From the NCBI GenBank assembly GCA_038087875.1, contig CM075989.1, positions 17,052,001 to 17,116,000 of the forward strand: a stretch of DNA of 64,000 nt. The letters are read 5' to 3'. Each line of letters begins with the position of its first letter. The first letter of the stretch is position 1. This DNA is from Malacoraja senta. Lineage: Eukaryota. Under the pieces are notes generated by a model. That model did not search any database. It saw nothing but the letters and a program-made list of their open reading frames with translations, and was not told the origin of the DNA. This document shows, in pieces, positions 25,925-38,100 of the stretch. The position numbers were made by a program, and so were the translations under genes.

Positions 25925-27462
25925 GCAGACGCAAACCTATTGAACACTAGGCTAGGTGCACGGTGCCAATTGGGCAACTCTCACTTTGATTTTTTATGTT
26001 TCCTTAATGTTCGCCATTATGTTGACTCCACTCCAACAACTTTCGCAAGGATTCACAGTTTTCTTATTGATCACTCCTGTGACGGTTCCCTGGATAAACA
26101 CTGACTCTGTATCGCACTCATTATCACATCTTCTTCAATCTCCCACTGCTCAAACTGAAGACTGGAGTCAGGGTATGAGTTGAAGTATTTTGGGAAGAGA
26201 AAACTGTACCATTGGTCTTTTTCAGCTGTAAGTATTCCTACTGCAACGGGAGCACAGCTCTGATCACATACTTGGGCAGTGATCAACTTGGTGCAAGTTT
26301 CAAATAGATATCTCAACTGTAGTTGATAATCTGGAAAGTGGATGTAACGTTCGGTTTGTCCAGGTCTATTTCTGCTGATTCTGCAGAATGTATCCACTGG
26401 ATTCAATCTCCAGATGGGGTCACTTACCAGGGCACAAAGTGCTGGAGTAACGCAGCGGGCCAGGCATCATCCCTGGAGAACGTGGGACAAGTGATGTTTC
26501 AGGTCAGGACCCTTCTTCAGACCTGACTCGAAATGTCACCTGTCCATGTTCTCCAGGGATGCTGCCTGTCCTGCTGAGTTACTCCTGCACTTTGTGTTCT
26601 TTTGTGCAAATCAACATCTGCCGTTCTTTGTTTCTACACGAGGCCTCTTGCTCCTGGTGCACCCCAAGTCTCTGACAGGCTCCAGGGACATTTAGCTATT
26701 GACAACTACCACTACTGGCCCTGCTGTTAACCAATGTGCAGTGATGCCCGGTGATGCCAATATTGGTAGAGACTTGGTGTGAATGGCAGACATTGTGCCA
26801 AAGATGAGCTCATGTAGGGGGGGGGGGTTGTACGAGGTGTGGTCTCAGCACAGAAGCTGGACTCATAGCACTAGATTTACAATTACACATGTTTTGGTAT
26901 TGCTCCGTATAAGAGTGCCCTCTACCTTGCTGTCCTTTGCAAGCTTTTGCTAATATTTGAACTCATCACCAACCACCCCAACAACACTTTGTAGCGATTG
27001 CCCATTAACTTTTACAGAGTTTGGTCAGAGGACTGAGAAACTTGCACCCACCTTTGGCTCGGTGCCTGGACAATGGGAGTGTTACTAAAGACAAACACAC
27101 ACTAACCATGGCCAAGGCCATGCCTTCTAGAGATGCTGCCTGCCCCCTGAGTCGGGGCAGAACAAAGGAGGACACGGGTGGGGGAGCGCTGTGAGGGTAG
27201 ACAAAGTAGTGGTGGTGGGGGTGGGGACAAAGAGGGACCTGGCGTGGATACTTTATAACTTGTGCCCTTTATGTGCGGACTCTTTGCATACCTTGGGTAT
27301 GCCAAACAAAGAATTCCACTGTGGCTTGTCACATGTGACAATAAAGTATTCATTCATTCACTCTGTGTTCCACACACTAAACATTTCCAGACAATTCTGA
27401 ACCGTCTTGCCCGACTAGTCGCTCATGCAGCGGGACGGGTGCAGCGGAAGCGGTGCAAATAC

Positions 27463-29418
27463 CTCTCTGTGCTTGTGTTGCCAGTCCTTACTGTCGGCAG
27501 TGTCCTGGCGCTTGGCGTGGCCCGGCTCGCCAGCGCAACCCAGCGCTCGCCAGTCCCGGGGCGAGTTGGCAATGCTGGCGATTTTGGACTCGGTGGCGCT
27601 GTTCTCCCGGTGAGGGACTTGGACGATCTCCGGACGAACAAACTTTTCCGCAGGGCTTTGACGCGGAGACTGTCCGCGTTGCTGTCTGGCGAGACTCGCT
27701 CTGCGGGCGGCTCCTGGATCTTCTGGTCCAAGTGGTTGAGTTTGGCCAGGACCTGTGCTATCTCGTCCCTGACCCCGGACAGGCCCTCCAGCTTCTTCTC
27801 CATCTCGCCCACCCTCAGCACCAGCTTGCACACGCTGGCCTTCAGCTCATCGTCCGCGGCCTGGCTCTGGGCCGAGTCGGTCTGGGCTGAGCTGGCTTTA
27901 GCCGGGGTCCTCTCGGACTGCCGCCCTCCGCCTTGGGGAGCCGCGACAGCGAGCCGCTGCTGTTGTAACACGACTGCATCAGCCCCGTCGACCCGCTCAA
28001 GCTCATGTCGTCCAGAAACCTGAAGATATCGCTGATGTCGTCGCTGAGTCCCTCCGACTCCTCGTCCGACTGCCGGACGGGAGCCTTGTCTCTGGGTTTA
28101 GGACGGGGGCAGCGGCCGGGCCCCTGAGGCTGAGCCCGGCCCCGGGCCGCCTGCCCCGTCTGGGTGGCCACACTGGCCGTCTGCTCCAGGCTGGACGGCT
28201 TGTAGCCTTTCTCCTTCAGCTTCCTGGGGTTGGCGAGGCCAGAGGGGTCGGCGGCGGGCGGCGGGAAGCGCACGGTCTCCTCCGCCTGCTGGAAGTAGCT
28301 TTTAGCCCTGTCCATGGTGCTGATGGCCTCTGCCGCCGCCGCCGCTTGCCTCTGGCGCGCCTCGGCCACCAGATTCTCCTTGGTCGTGCCCTGATACTGA
28401 TGACCTTGGCGCTTGTCCTCGCTGAAATACTTCTCCCCGTCCTCCGCTTGCTCCGCGTTCAGGCTCCAGCTCTTCAGCAGCCAAGGAGGCGGCTTGGTCT
28501 GTTTGCCCAGGTTGCGGGGCTCCTGAGAGATGGTGCTTGGGCCAAAGTAGGTGGAACCCTGCAGATCATCCAAACTTTCGTGCTTGACGTACCTTTTCTC
28601 GTGGCTACTGGACGGGATGGTATCACAGTAGGGATTGTTGTAGGGCATCTCAAAGCTGTTACTGAAAAGGTGGAGAAGCGAGAGGAGTGGTTCTGGATGT
28701 TTGGCTCCTGGTCCTCATCTTCTGACTCCTTGTCCATGGACACCAACTTGCCCACGCAGGGCAGCATGTCCTCGAGTTCGCTGTTGAAAACGTTGCTCGC
28801 CTCCCCACACGGGCTGATGGTCAACGCCTCGTCGCTGAATCAAACGCCCCATTCCTGTCGGTTTTCCTGGTGGGGGAATCTTGGTCGGAGTTGGAATCCT
28901 GCCCGGGGTCCATGGGGAAATAGGTGGACTGCATCACGCAGTCCTGGGGGTCGATCCCGTTAAAGGTAGGGAAGCCTGCAGCCTGTCGAGCGAGGTGGTC
29001 CTGCCGTTATGCTCCGGCGTCCCCTCATTCCTGACCCCCAAGAAGAAGTTGGGGTCGGAGGAGCACATGAAGCGCTGGCTGTCCTTGCAGTCGGACGCCG
29101 GGGAACTGCTGGGGCGCCTGGAGGCTGCGGGCTCGCCGGCGCCCGGGTCGTGGGCCGCAGGCGTACACGGACGAGCGCTGCCGGCAGATCTCAGTGTCTG
29201 AGCGGCACGACTCAAAGGATTCGTTCTTCCTCACCTTGTGCGGGTGCCGGTGGGGCAGCCTCTCCTTCGCCACCCCCGCCGTTCATCTGGATCAGGTTGA
29301 ACCATGGTCACGATGTCGGCCGCGACCATGATCTTCTTGGACTGTGTGTTCTCCACGTTGCAGCGCAGTTTCTCCTTGAAGAGAGTGGCCGGGAAATTGG
29401 GGTCCAGGCAGGCGGTGT
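27463..29418 (-). CDS. MINAR1: MINAR1 large coding exon; 5' end in assembly gap; about 8 apparent frameshifts in this sequence
   Basis: MINAR1 motifs in collinear order across changing frames: TACLDPNFPATLFKEK, KKIMVAADIVT, FNLIQMNGG, ESFESCRSDTEIC, DCKD..PNFFLGV, SLDRLQA, MQSTYFPM, NSFEMPYN, KHESLDDLQGSTYFGP, KSWSLN, SDDISDIFRFLDDMS, ELKASVCKLVLRVGE, SLRVKALRKSLF, ENSATESKIASIANSPRDWR, KDWQHKHRE. Donor GAG|gtattt at 27462. Confidence 0.9.
28304..28324 (-). promoter_or_regulatory. Candidate RE1/NRSE (REST-binding) element inside MINAR1 coding exon
   Basis: Minus strand ATCAGCACCATGGACAGGGCT versus consensus TTCAGCACCA(C/T)GGACAGCGCC. Both half-sites are intact with the canonical 2-bp spacer. 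Confidence 0.55.
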
Positions 29419-29618
29419 NNNNNNNNNNNNNNNNNNNNNNNNNNNNNNNNNNNNNNNNNNNNNNNNNNNNNNNNNNNNNNNNNNNNNNNNNNNNNNNNNN
29501 NNNNNNNNNNNNNNNNNNNNNNNNNNNNNNNNNNNNNNNNNNNNNNNNNNNNNNNNNNNNNNNNNNNNNNNNNNNNNNNNNNNNNNNNNNNNNNNNNNNN
29601 NNNNNNNNNNNNNNNNNN
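29419..29618. other. Assembly gap (200 N); true size unknown
   Basis: Run of exactly 200 N. It interrupts MINAR1 about 50 codons from the expected start. Confidence 0.99.
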
Positions 29619-30360
29619 CCCACCCCTCCCTGCCTGTCCGCCCGCCCGCCCGCCCCAGAGCCACCGCTTGCCCGCTACGTACCGTATGCTGTTTCATTCG
29701 CTTCCTGAACTCCTGCTTCGCGATTCATCCGCAGCCAATAACGGATCAATAACTCCCGGGAGGAGAGCCAGCAGCCAGCCGGTCCACGGTGCTCGTCTCC
29801 TTCCTCTCCATCGCCACACAGTGCGCTGGTGGTGCCCTAGGATGGGAACGCCGGGCGTCGCTGCGAAGCCTGGAGCGGCCAGTCAGTTGCATGATCGGCG
29901 GGGGGAGCGGTCACAGGCTGGCGGGGAGGGGGAGAGGGGAGACGGGGGGGGGGGGGGGGTGGGATGGTGCCGACAGATTCGGGATCACATTGTTTCTCTC
30001 CCGCATTACGTCATTGACATTCAATCCAATGGATTGGCTTCGGGGAGAGAGAGGGAGAGGGAAGAGGAGGGTCGAGCAGCGAGGGACAGCAATTCCAAAC
30101 TTTACTCCGGGAAATCCCAGCCCGCTCGGACCGCAAACCCCGGGCGCCTGGCTGAGAGCAAGTGGAATGCAATGAAGGAAAGGAGAGATGTGTTGGCAGC
30201 TACGCCGCACAGTTTGTGCCCCTTGGGGTAACGCTCCATTGACACTACTCACTAGTCCAACCGCCGCTATGGTGTCGGGAATAGGACGGAGAGTTTCGCC
30301 ATGGAGCTGTGAGCAATATCCCTGGTTGGGGCTGGGGCTGGGTGATGCGGGTTGCGGGTT
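29619..30360 (-). promoter_or_regulatory. CpG island / candidate MINAR1 promoter and first exon
   Basis: CpG-dense unique sequence. GC boxes (CCGCCC repeats, 29638-29656), CRE/ATF-like TTACGTCA (30006-30013), inverted CCAAT pair (30026-30030, 30033-30037) and a minus-strand donor ACG|GTACGT at 29682-29683. Confidence 0.55.
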
Positions 30361-31750
30361 GCGGTCCAACACGGGCCGGGCGGTGGAGGCAGGTTCTCTG
30401 GATGCTTTCCAGAGAGAGCTGGATAGGGCTCTTAAAAATAGCGGAGTCAGGGGATATGGGGAAAAGGCAGGAACTGATTGGGGATGATCAGCCATGATCA
30501 CATTGAATGGCGGTGCTGGCTCGAAGGGCCGAATGGCCTACTCCTGCACCTATTGTCTATTGGGACAACGGGAGAACAGCCCGGCTTTTCGTCCACGGTG
30601 AAGGTGGAACTGGAATGGCGAGATATGTGTGTAGGAAGGAACCGTAGGTGCTGGTTTACACCGAATATAATCACAAAATGCTGGAGTAACTCAGCGGGAC
30701 AGGCAGCATCTCTGGGGAGAAGGAATGGGTGACGTTTCGGGTCGAGACCCTTTTTCAGACTGAGAGTCAGGGGGAAGGGAAACGAGATATGGAAGGGTAC
30801 AAAGAACATGTAAGGTGTGAAAAGAGCAGCAGACGATGTTCAAGGAAATGTAGAATGGTTTGTGAATGTTGGGCCACCGAGGGCGGGTCCTACATTTAGC
30901 CCCCCCCCCCCCCCCCTGCCTGATCTGTAGGTTCTCCTTCCTCCGTCCTCGGGTCTAGGAATCACATCTCTTGCCCCTGACAGAAGCCCGCGTTGGTCAT
31001 TAACCCGCAGGGCGGCCTCGCTGTGCTTTGAGGGAGGTGGTTCACTGTCTTCTCCTGCTTCTTGATATCAAAGATGTACACAAAATGCTGGCGTAACTCA
31101 GCGGGGCAGCCAGCATCTCTGGAGAAAGGAATAGGTGAAGAATTAGTTCTTCAGTCTAACAGTAAGGGGAAGGCAAACTAGAGGGTCAGAACAAATTAGA
31201 GCCGGTATTGCCAGTTCCCTTCTCCGTGGATTGTCACCTTGTCGTGGTGGAGAAGCTTCCTTCTATCCAGAGATGCTGCCTGTCCCGCTGAGTTACTCCA
31301 GCATATTGTGTCTATCTTCGGTTTGAACCAACATCTGCAGTTCCTTCCTACAACATATGGTATACCTGATCTGTTTGGACAAAGCTTTTTCACTCTACCT
31401 CAGTACATGTGACAATAATAAACCTAAACCTAAAAAAGATCTAAACATTAATGGAAATGAAAAGGAAACTTTGAGGCAAAATGAAAAAATACACTTGACC
31501 ACTGCATTATTGGTAAATGCTAGACCCTTGACTAAGGCTGGGGAACTTGGAGGCAGCAGCTTTCCACAAGGATTGGCACCAGAACCATAGCTGTTTACAA
31601 TTAAATCAAGGTTTTGAACTTGGGAATCAAGTACAATTGCTAAATTCCCAGATGCCCGGTGGCGCCACCAGCACTGGCTGCCTCGCCAACAGTCTGTATG
31701 TCCCTTCTACTGTTTTTATTATTTTAAGTATGTTTTAAAAGTATGTTTTA

Positions 31751-31783
31751 AGGGCCTGTCCCACTTCGGCGTCAATTGCACGT

Positions 31784-31816
<33 letters not shown>

Positions 31817-31995
31817 AACAAAAAAAAAAAAAAACAATGCACGACGCACTCATGGCGTGCATTACGCGTGCATGGTGCGTGGTGACGTAGACAGTGACGT
31901 GCGGTCGCACACGGCGCCCCAGGATTTTGTGATTCACAAAATCTTTGCGTGCCACCTGCATGACCCACAAATGACGCCCAAGTGGGACAGGCCCT
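31751..31995. mobile_element. PIF/Harbinger-like MITE with internal poly-A
   Basis: TIR AGGGCCTGTCCCACTT at both ends, TTA on both flanks, nested inside another repeat. Confidence 0.85.
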
Positions 31996-32427
31996 TTAGT
32001 GTTTCTTGGTTTGTTTTATGTGGAGGGTGGGGGGGGGGGGAATTGGGGGAAACTTGTTTTCAATAACAGCTCGATGGAGATGCGATTTTACTCCGTATCG
32101 TATCTCCGTCCCCCCTGCGGCTTAACAATGGTGAGTGGTGCGGCTTTCCTGATTGAACTTCATTACCTTCCATCACAGTGAGGAATGTGGATTCCGCTGT
32201 GGTGGATGTTTACGTTAAATTTTATTTTATATGCTGTGTGTCTTGTTGCTTAGTATGGCTGTATGGTAACTCAAATATCACTGTACCCTAATCGGTACAT
32301 GTGACAATAAATTCAAACTTGAACTTGAACTTGAAATGAGAATGGAAGGTATTAAATGGGAACGTGAAGCAAAATGCAAAAATATATTCATAAACTTGAA
32401 GAATGAACATGTAATTAGTCATGAATT

Positions 32428-32468
<41 letters not shown>

Positions 32469-32469
<1 letters not shown>

Positions 32470-33900
32470 CCAATGAAACTGAATAACATAAATTATAACA
32501 AAAACCCAATTATACATAGCACAATTAGAACTTGGAAACAAATAAAACAAAATTAAAAATTAAGAAATTTATCGCTTTTATCTCCCATAATTAATAACCC
32601 TTCATTCAATCCCTCTATTCCAGACAAATCTTTCATACAATGGGATAGACTAGGAATTAAAACGTTCGGTGACTTGTACGAAACTGGAAAATTACTACCA
32701 TTCCAACAATTACAAATAAAATATAAACTCAGAAATAATCAATATTTTAAATATTTTCAAATATGTGACTATTTGAACAAATATACAAAAGATCATCATA
32801 ATACCTCAACAGATGTATTGGATGAAGCAATGCAGATAAAAGCTGAATCAGCAAACTTAATATCATATTTGTATAATATTATTTTAAATGTAGAAATACC
32901 ATCTACGGAAGGTATTAGAAGAGACTGGGAACAAGAATTAGCTATTAAAATTTCAAAGGAAAGGTGGAATGAATATTTATTAAACGTGCATAAATGTTCG
33001 ATTAATGTAAGACACACTTTAATACAATTTAAAATTTTACATAGATTATATTATTCCAAAACTAAAATCCATAAAATTTTCCCAAATGTATCATCCATTT
33101 GTGATAAATGTCAATCCCAAGAAGCTACTATAGCGCACTCATTTGTTTTCTGTACAAAAATTCAAAAATTTTGGATTGAAATTTTCGAAATTTTTACAAA
33201 ATTATTTAAAATTAAACTGATACCCAAAGCAGAATGGATTATCTTCGGAACAACGGAAGATAGTCCAGAACTAAATGTGTTCCAAAAGAAATTAATAGAC
33301 TATGGGTTAATAACTGGAAAAAAGTTAATCCTAAAATTCTGGAAAAAAGCTCCAATACCAACTATAAACATGTGGATTTCAAATATGTTCGAAACATTAC
33401 ACCTAGAAGAGATAAGACTCCTCCTGGCAGGTAAACGAGATCACTTCCACCTGACGTGGTCTGCATTTATAGAATTATTACAAGTATAGGGTGCAAAAGT
33501 ACTAAAAAAAAACTGAGGTCAGGTAAGGGAGGATGAAAGCTGGAGAGTTGGTATGTCCCATTTGCATGATGCTTACAAAAAAATATCTGTTTTTCTCTTT
33601 TCCCTCTTTCTCTTTTTTCTTCTTTTTTAGGGTCTATTTCTTAACTCTTTCCTTTTGTGTTTAATTTCTTTCTCATAGGGTCTTTGTCTTTTGTTTTTGT
33701 TTTTTTTGTTGTCACGTTTTTTACACCTTCACTTTTTTCCTTCACTTTCTTCTTTCTCTGAATCTTATCCTTTCCCTTTATTAGTGTAGAAAATAAACGG
33801 AGTACATTAATTGTAATAAGATATATGTGATGAGTACTAGTGTAATTGGTTGTAATGTAATGTACTTCTAATAAATAAAAAATAAAAAATAAAATAAAAA
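32469..33900 (+). mobile_element. 5'-truncated L1-clade LINE (ORF2 C-terminus with CCHC zinc finger, 3' UTR, A-rich tail)
   Basis: ORF 32674..33489: ...IQFKILHRLYYSKTKIHKIFPNVSSICDKCQSQEATIAHSFVFCTKIQKFW...ILKFWKK..P....W, typical of fish L1 zf-RVT. A-rich sense strand, T-rich 3' UTR, AATAAA repeats at 33870-33900. Confidence 0.88.
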
Positions 33901-34340
33901 ATAATAATAATAATAAATGTATTTGTATAGCACATTTAAAAACAACTCACGTTGACCAAAGTGTTTCACATCAGTGCAGGTACCAATTTGATACATACAA
34001 CGGTACACAGACCTAACAATACATACATAAACTGTTTATAGCACCCCCTCAGAGGGGCTCAAAAACGCTAGGGAGTAGAAATAGGTTTGGAGTCGTGACT
34101 TAAAGGAGTCGATGGTGGGGGCAGTTCTGATGAGGAGCTGGATGCTATTCCACAGTTTAGGTGCTGCAACCGCAAAAGCGCGATCACCCCTGAGCTTAAA
34201 CCTAGACTGCGGGATAGTCAGTAGCCCCAAGTCGGCCGACCTGAGGGACCTGGAGGTAGAATGGTGGGTTAGAAGATTTTTGATATGGGGGGGGGGGGGG
34301 GGGGTGGGCAAGCCCGTTAAGGGCTTTGTATACGTATAAA
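33901..34340 (-). mobile_element. L2-clade LINE 3' end
   Basis: RSLRSADLGLLTIPQSRFKLRGDRAFAVAAPKLWNS...FKSRLQTYFYSLAF is the characteristic L2 ORF2 C-terminus. (ATT)n tail. Confidence 0.85.
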
Positions 34341-37300
34341 TGCAAGATAGGAAAAAAGAGGAGACTGCCTGAGCTTTGGAAAATAAGACTGTATCTGGGT
34401 AGGTTCAGTAATATATGTGGTTAAACAAACAACTTTAACAGTGCATAGTTAAGCACATGGAACAACAGCATATAATTTAAAAGAACAGCACCAATGGTGA
34501 ACAGTAAACTCCACAGTGGGACAAATCAAGCACTGCCAATTGTAATTTTAACAGACTATTCAAAATCATCAGTAAAATACAGAAAGAATCAACAGAAGTA
34601 CTATGAAGAGATTCTTAATCACCAGCAACCAGTTTACAGACACTTATTTTGGAACGGCTCAGAATCATTTGGCTCTGCTTTGTGTTTATGCTGTTTCAGT
34701 CCAAGTATCGACAAATAAATTGAATTCCATTGATACGGTCTAAGTGACCTCAAAATGAACGTTAAAACAGGTGAATGCATTGATCTGAAACTCTGCTTTC
34801 TAAATAATGGAAATTTAAATGTGCCAATTCCAATGAGATTTGTGGGTCTCCATATATGGAATATTAGAAGTATTTGAAAAAGTACTAATAGAATAAAATC
34901 TGGCAAGTTGAGAGAACAGTTGTTTGCTTATTGCTAATCCACATAGGGTTTGCCAATATTAGTTTAGTTCAGAGATACACCCTTTGGCCAACCGAATCAG
35001 CACCAACCAGCCATCCCCTCACACTCGCACTATCCTACACACTGGGGACAATTTACAATTTTGCCAAGCCAATTAGCGTACACACCTGTACATCCTTGGA
35101 GTGTGGGAGGAAACCAGAGCACCCGGAGAAAACCCACGCAGGTCATGGGGAGAAGGTGCAAACTCCATAGAAAGAGCACCCATAGTCAGGACCAATCCCG
35201 GGTCCCTGGCGATGTAAGGCAACAACTCTACCACTGTGCCACCGTGCTGCCCTGTCGGCATTGTCAAAAACTATATCGTTGTCTGTTGTCACTGAACTAA
35301 TTCTCAGTTATTCAAGATCATCTTCTCCCAAGACTGATATTTCCCTGGGGCTACAAACAATCTACTGTAGGAAGTCAGTGGATCGAGCAGCACCTGTGGA
35401 GAAAAATGGGCAGTTGCTGTTTCAGGTCAGGGCGCTTCACCTGGACTGAAGGGGCAGACGGGAGAAAGCCAGAGGAAAGCATTGTGGGGGAAGGTGTGTG
35501 ACAAAAGCTGGCAGACAATAGGTAGACCCAGGTGAGGAGGGGTTGATTGGAAGATTGAGTCTGGTGGAGGAGTTAAGGGTGGGAAGGGCGACAGAATTCT
35601 GATAGGAAAGGGAGGTGACAGCAGGTACCAATAGTTCTATGGTTCTTTATTGTTGCAGTGAAATTATTTTTTTGTTGCACAGTTCAGTAAATTATTACTA
35701 TACATAAGCACAATCTTAGATTACGTACAAAGGGTGTAGAAATAGTCCACTGAGACAATATACCAGAGTCACCAGGTTTTGTCCAAGTTGCTTTAGGTGC
35801 AGGTGGCCATAAAAGCCCATTATCCTGATGGCGTTGCAGGGTCGGTCTGGCCAAGCAAAGTTGTAGGCGTCCACTGCTCTGTGCCGCTGCAGGCACATCT
35901 GGTTTATGTGAGGAAGGACATGTCGCTGTGGTTGTGAGTCTGAGTGAGAATTTGGTGAAATAGCAGGGGAGCCGAAGAGATCACAATGAGAGAGCAGTGG
36001 GAGAGAGCCACAGAGAAGTGAAAAACTTCTTCAAAGTGGGAACATATGAAGAGACTTCACAGTGGCTCTTCCCCATGGTTTTGTCTTACTATCTCACAAT
36101 ATATGATTTTTTGGTAGCCACTGCTTTTATCATCCATGGTTTATTCAACATCATTAAATTCAGAAGCAAATCCATCTCTACCGCCATTTTGGGGTATAGA
36201 AATGCATCCTGTGAACATTGTGGGAAATCTGCCCCTTATCCCTTGGCCATGTTTTGTTGCATTAATGTCAGAGTAGCAGAACTCCCCCATGGAAGTCTGA
36301 CTCTGACTCTGCTGACATGGAGCCACTTGTGATCCAAGTGAATGTAAACAAAATCCCATGCATGATTTTGAAGAATAGCTTGGGAATTATTCCCGATGCT
36401 CCGACTGAAGTCGAACTTCCAGTAATAAAAAGGGTTCATCTGGTTTTTTTCCATTGTTGTTAGTGTGATATTACAATGTGCTGGATTTCCTACCTTACAA
36501 CTTAAAAAAATCTTTATTGGATAAAAATGCTTTGGCACAACTCCAAGCTGTGAAACAGCACCTTAAGGGAAATCCGTTTCAATATCTTTCCCTTTTTCTT
36601 GGCTTTCACTACTTAATTAACTGTAAACCACATTACAGTATATTATCTTGTATATTTATCCTTATGGATTTTCATGCTCATTGTGACAGCTGCATCATGT
36701 ATTCCTACTGCCACCATGATATCTCTGTGAAGCACAACTCCCACACCACCCCTTCCCCTCTCACTCTTTCCATTCATACTTTATAGACAATGTTTGATTC
36801 TCAGTAATCTCAGCGATATCTGCTTCCTCACAGTTTATATTGGATGCACATATACAAGGTAGATTTAGAGGGATATGGGGGCCAAAAGCAGGCAGGTGGG
36901 ACTAGTGGGGCATGGGCAAGTTGGGCCAAGGGGCCTGTTTCCACACTGTATGACTCTATGACTCTATGTTCTCCGAAGATGCTGCCTGACCCGTTGAGTT
37001 ACTCCAGCACATTGTGTACTAAATATTTGGACATTAAGAATTGTTTATATAGTAAGATGAAAGACATCATGGTTTATAACTAAGTATATTGGCTTTGATA
37101 TTCATCCCATGGTAGTGACACTAAATGTGTTGTTCTGGCAGCGAAAGAAAATGTCAGTCCCTGAGTATTAACGAACTGCGGGTACTATGCAGCACATTTA
37201 GTGTTATTGATTGCTAAACCCTGGGGAAGTTCAACAATACAGGTAATTTATAGCTGGGCATGCAGAAATAATGGCTGCTTGGTTGTAAGATACATGGTGG

Positions 37301-37764
37301 GAATGTTTTATTACTAGTTCACAGTACTAATGATTTTCATTTAAGAGAAATAGTCCACTTTATGAAGAGATATTGAGTAAGATTGGCCTTAATCGCTGAT
37401 TGTTAGAAGAATTAGATGTAATCTCTCACTGAGAGTACAGGATATGGAAAAGGGTGAAAGTAGAGATACTGTTTTCTTCAGCTGGAGAACATATTGGTGG
37501 CACAGTGGCACAGCTGGTAGAGCTGCTGCCTCACAGCACCAGAGATGCAGATTTGATCCTTACCTCAGCAGCTGCCTGTGTGGAGGTTGCATGTTCTCTT
37601 TAGAATCATGTGGGATTCCTCTGGGTGCTTTGGTTTCCTCTCACATCCCAAAGGTTTGTAGGTTAATTGGCCTCTGTAAATTGTCTCCAGTGTGCAAGGA
37701 GTGGATAGGACAGTGGAATAAATAGTGTGAATGGCTGTTTCCACTAAACTAAACTAAATTAAAT

Positions 37765-38100
37765 TCTCTCCGTCTCTCCCTCACCCTGGTTGTCATACTA
37801 GTTTCACTGTCGTCCTGCTTAGTTTCACCGTTTGTATCACTCGTCACCCACTCCACAGGCCATTGTGGGCTCCACCTTTCCTTGATCATTGTTGTTGGCT
37901 TTTATTTGTCCTTTTACATACCTTTCATTCATTTGTTCTTTGCTCCCTTTCTTATATCTCGTTTCCTTCTCCTCTGACTCTCAGTCTGAAGAAGGGTCTG
38001 GACCCGAAACGTCACCTATTCATTTTCTCCAGGGATGCTGAGTTACTCCAGCTTTTTGTGTCTATCTTCGGTTTAAACCAGCATCTGCAGTTCCTTCCTC
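37765..38100 (+). mobile_element. PLE-derived 3' repeat carrying an intact hammerhead motif
   Basis: Homologous to 6468-6760, 30627-30860 and 3690-3965. Ends ...ccagcatctgcagttccttcct. Confidence 0.7.
37986..38013 (+). ncRNA. Minimal type I hammerhead ribozyme motif (PLE-associated)
   Basis: CTGAAGA-A-GGGTC-TG-GACCC-GAAACGTC: conserved core, stem II, palindromic ACGT stem III and GUC cleavage triplet. Confidence 0.6.

Noticed and set aside
27262..28963. Long plus-strand ORFs (27262..28023, 253 aa; 28346..28963, 205 aa; 27453..27890)
   Set aside because: Antisense shadows of the GC-rich MINAR1 exon; no recognisable protein features.
29668..30501. ORFs 29668..30231, 29789..30175 and 29911..30501
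   Set aside because: GC-rich CpG island plus CR1 tail; low-complexity translations with no known motifs.
31225..31258. GTCACCTTGTCGTGGTGGAGAAGCTT, resembling an RTE-clade 5' end (HDV-like ribozyme region)
   Set aside because: Only about 30 bp; too short to support a family or ribozyme call.
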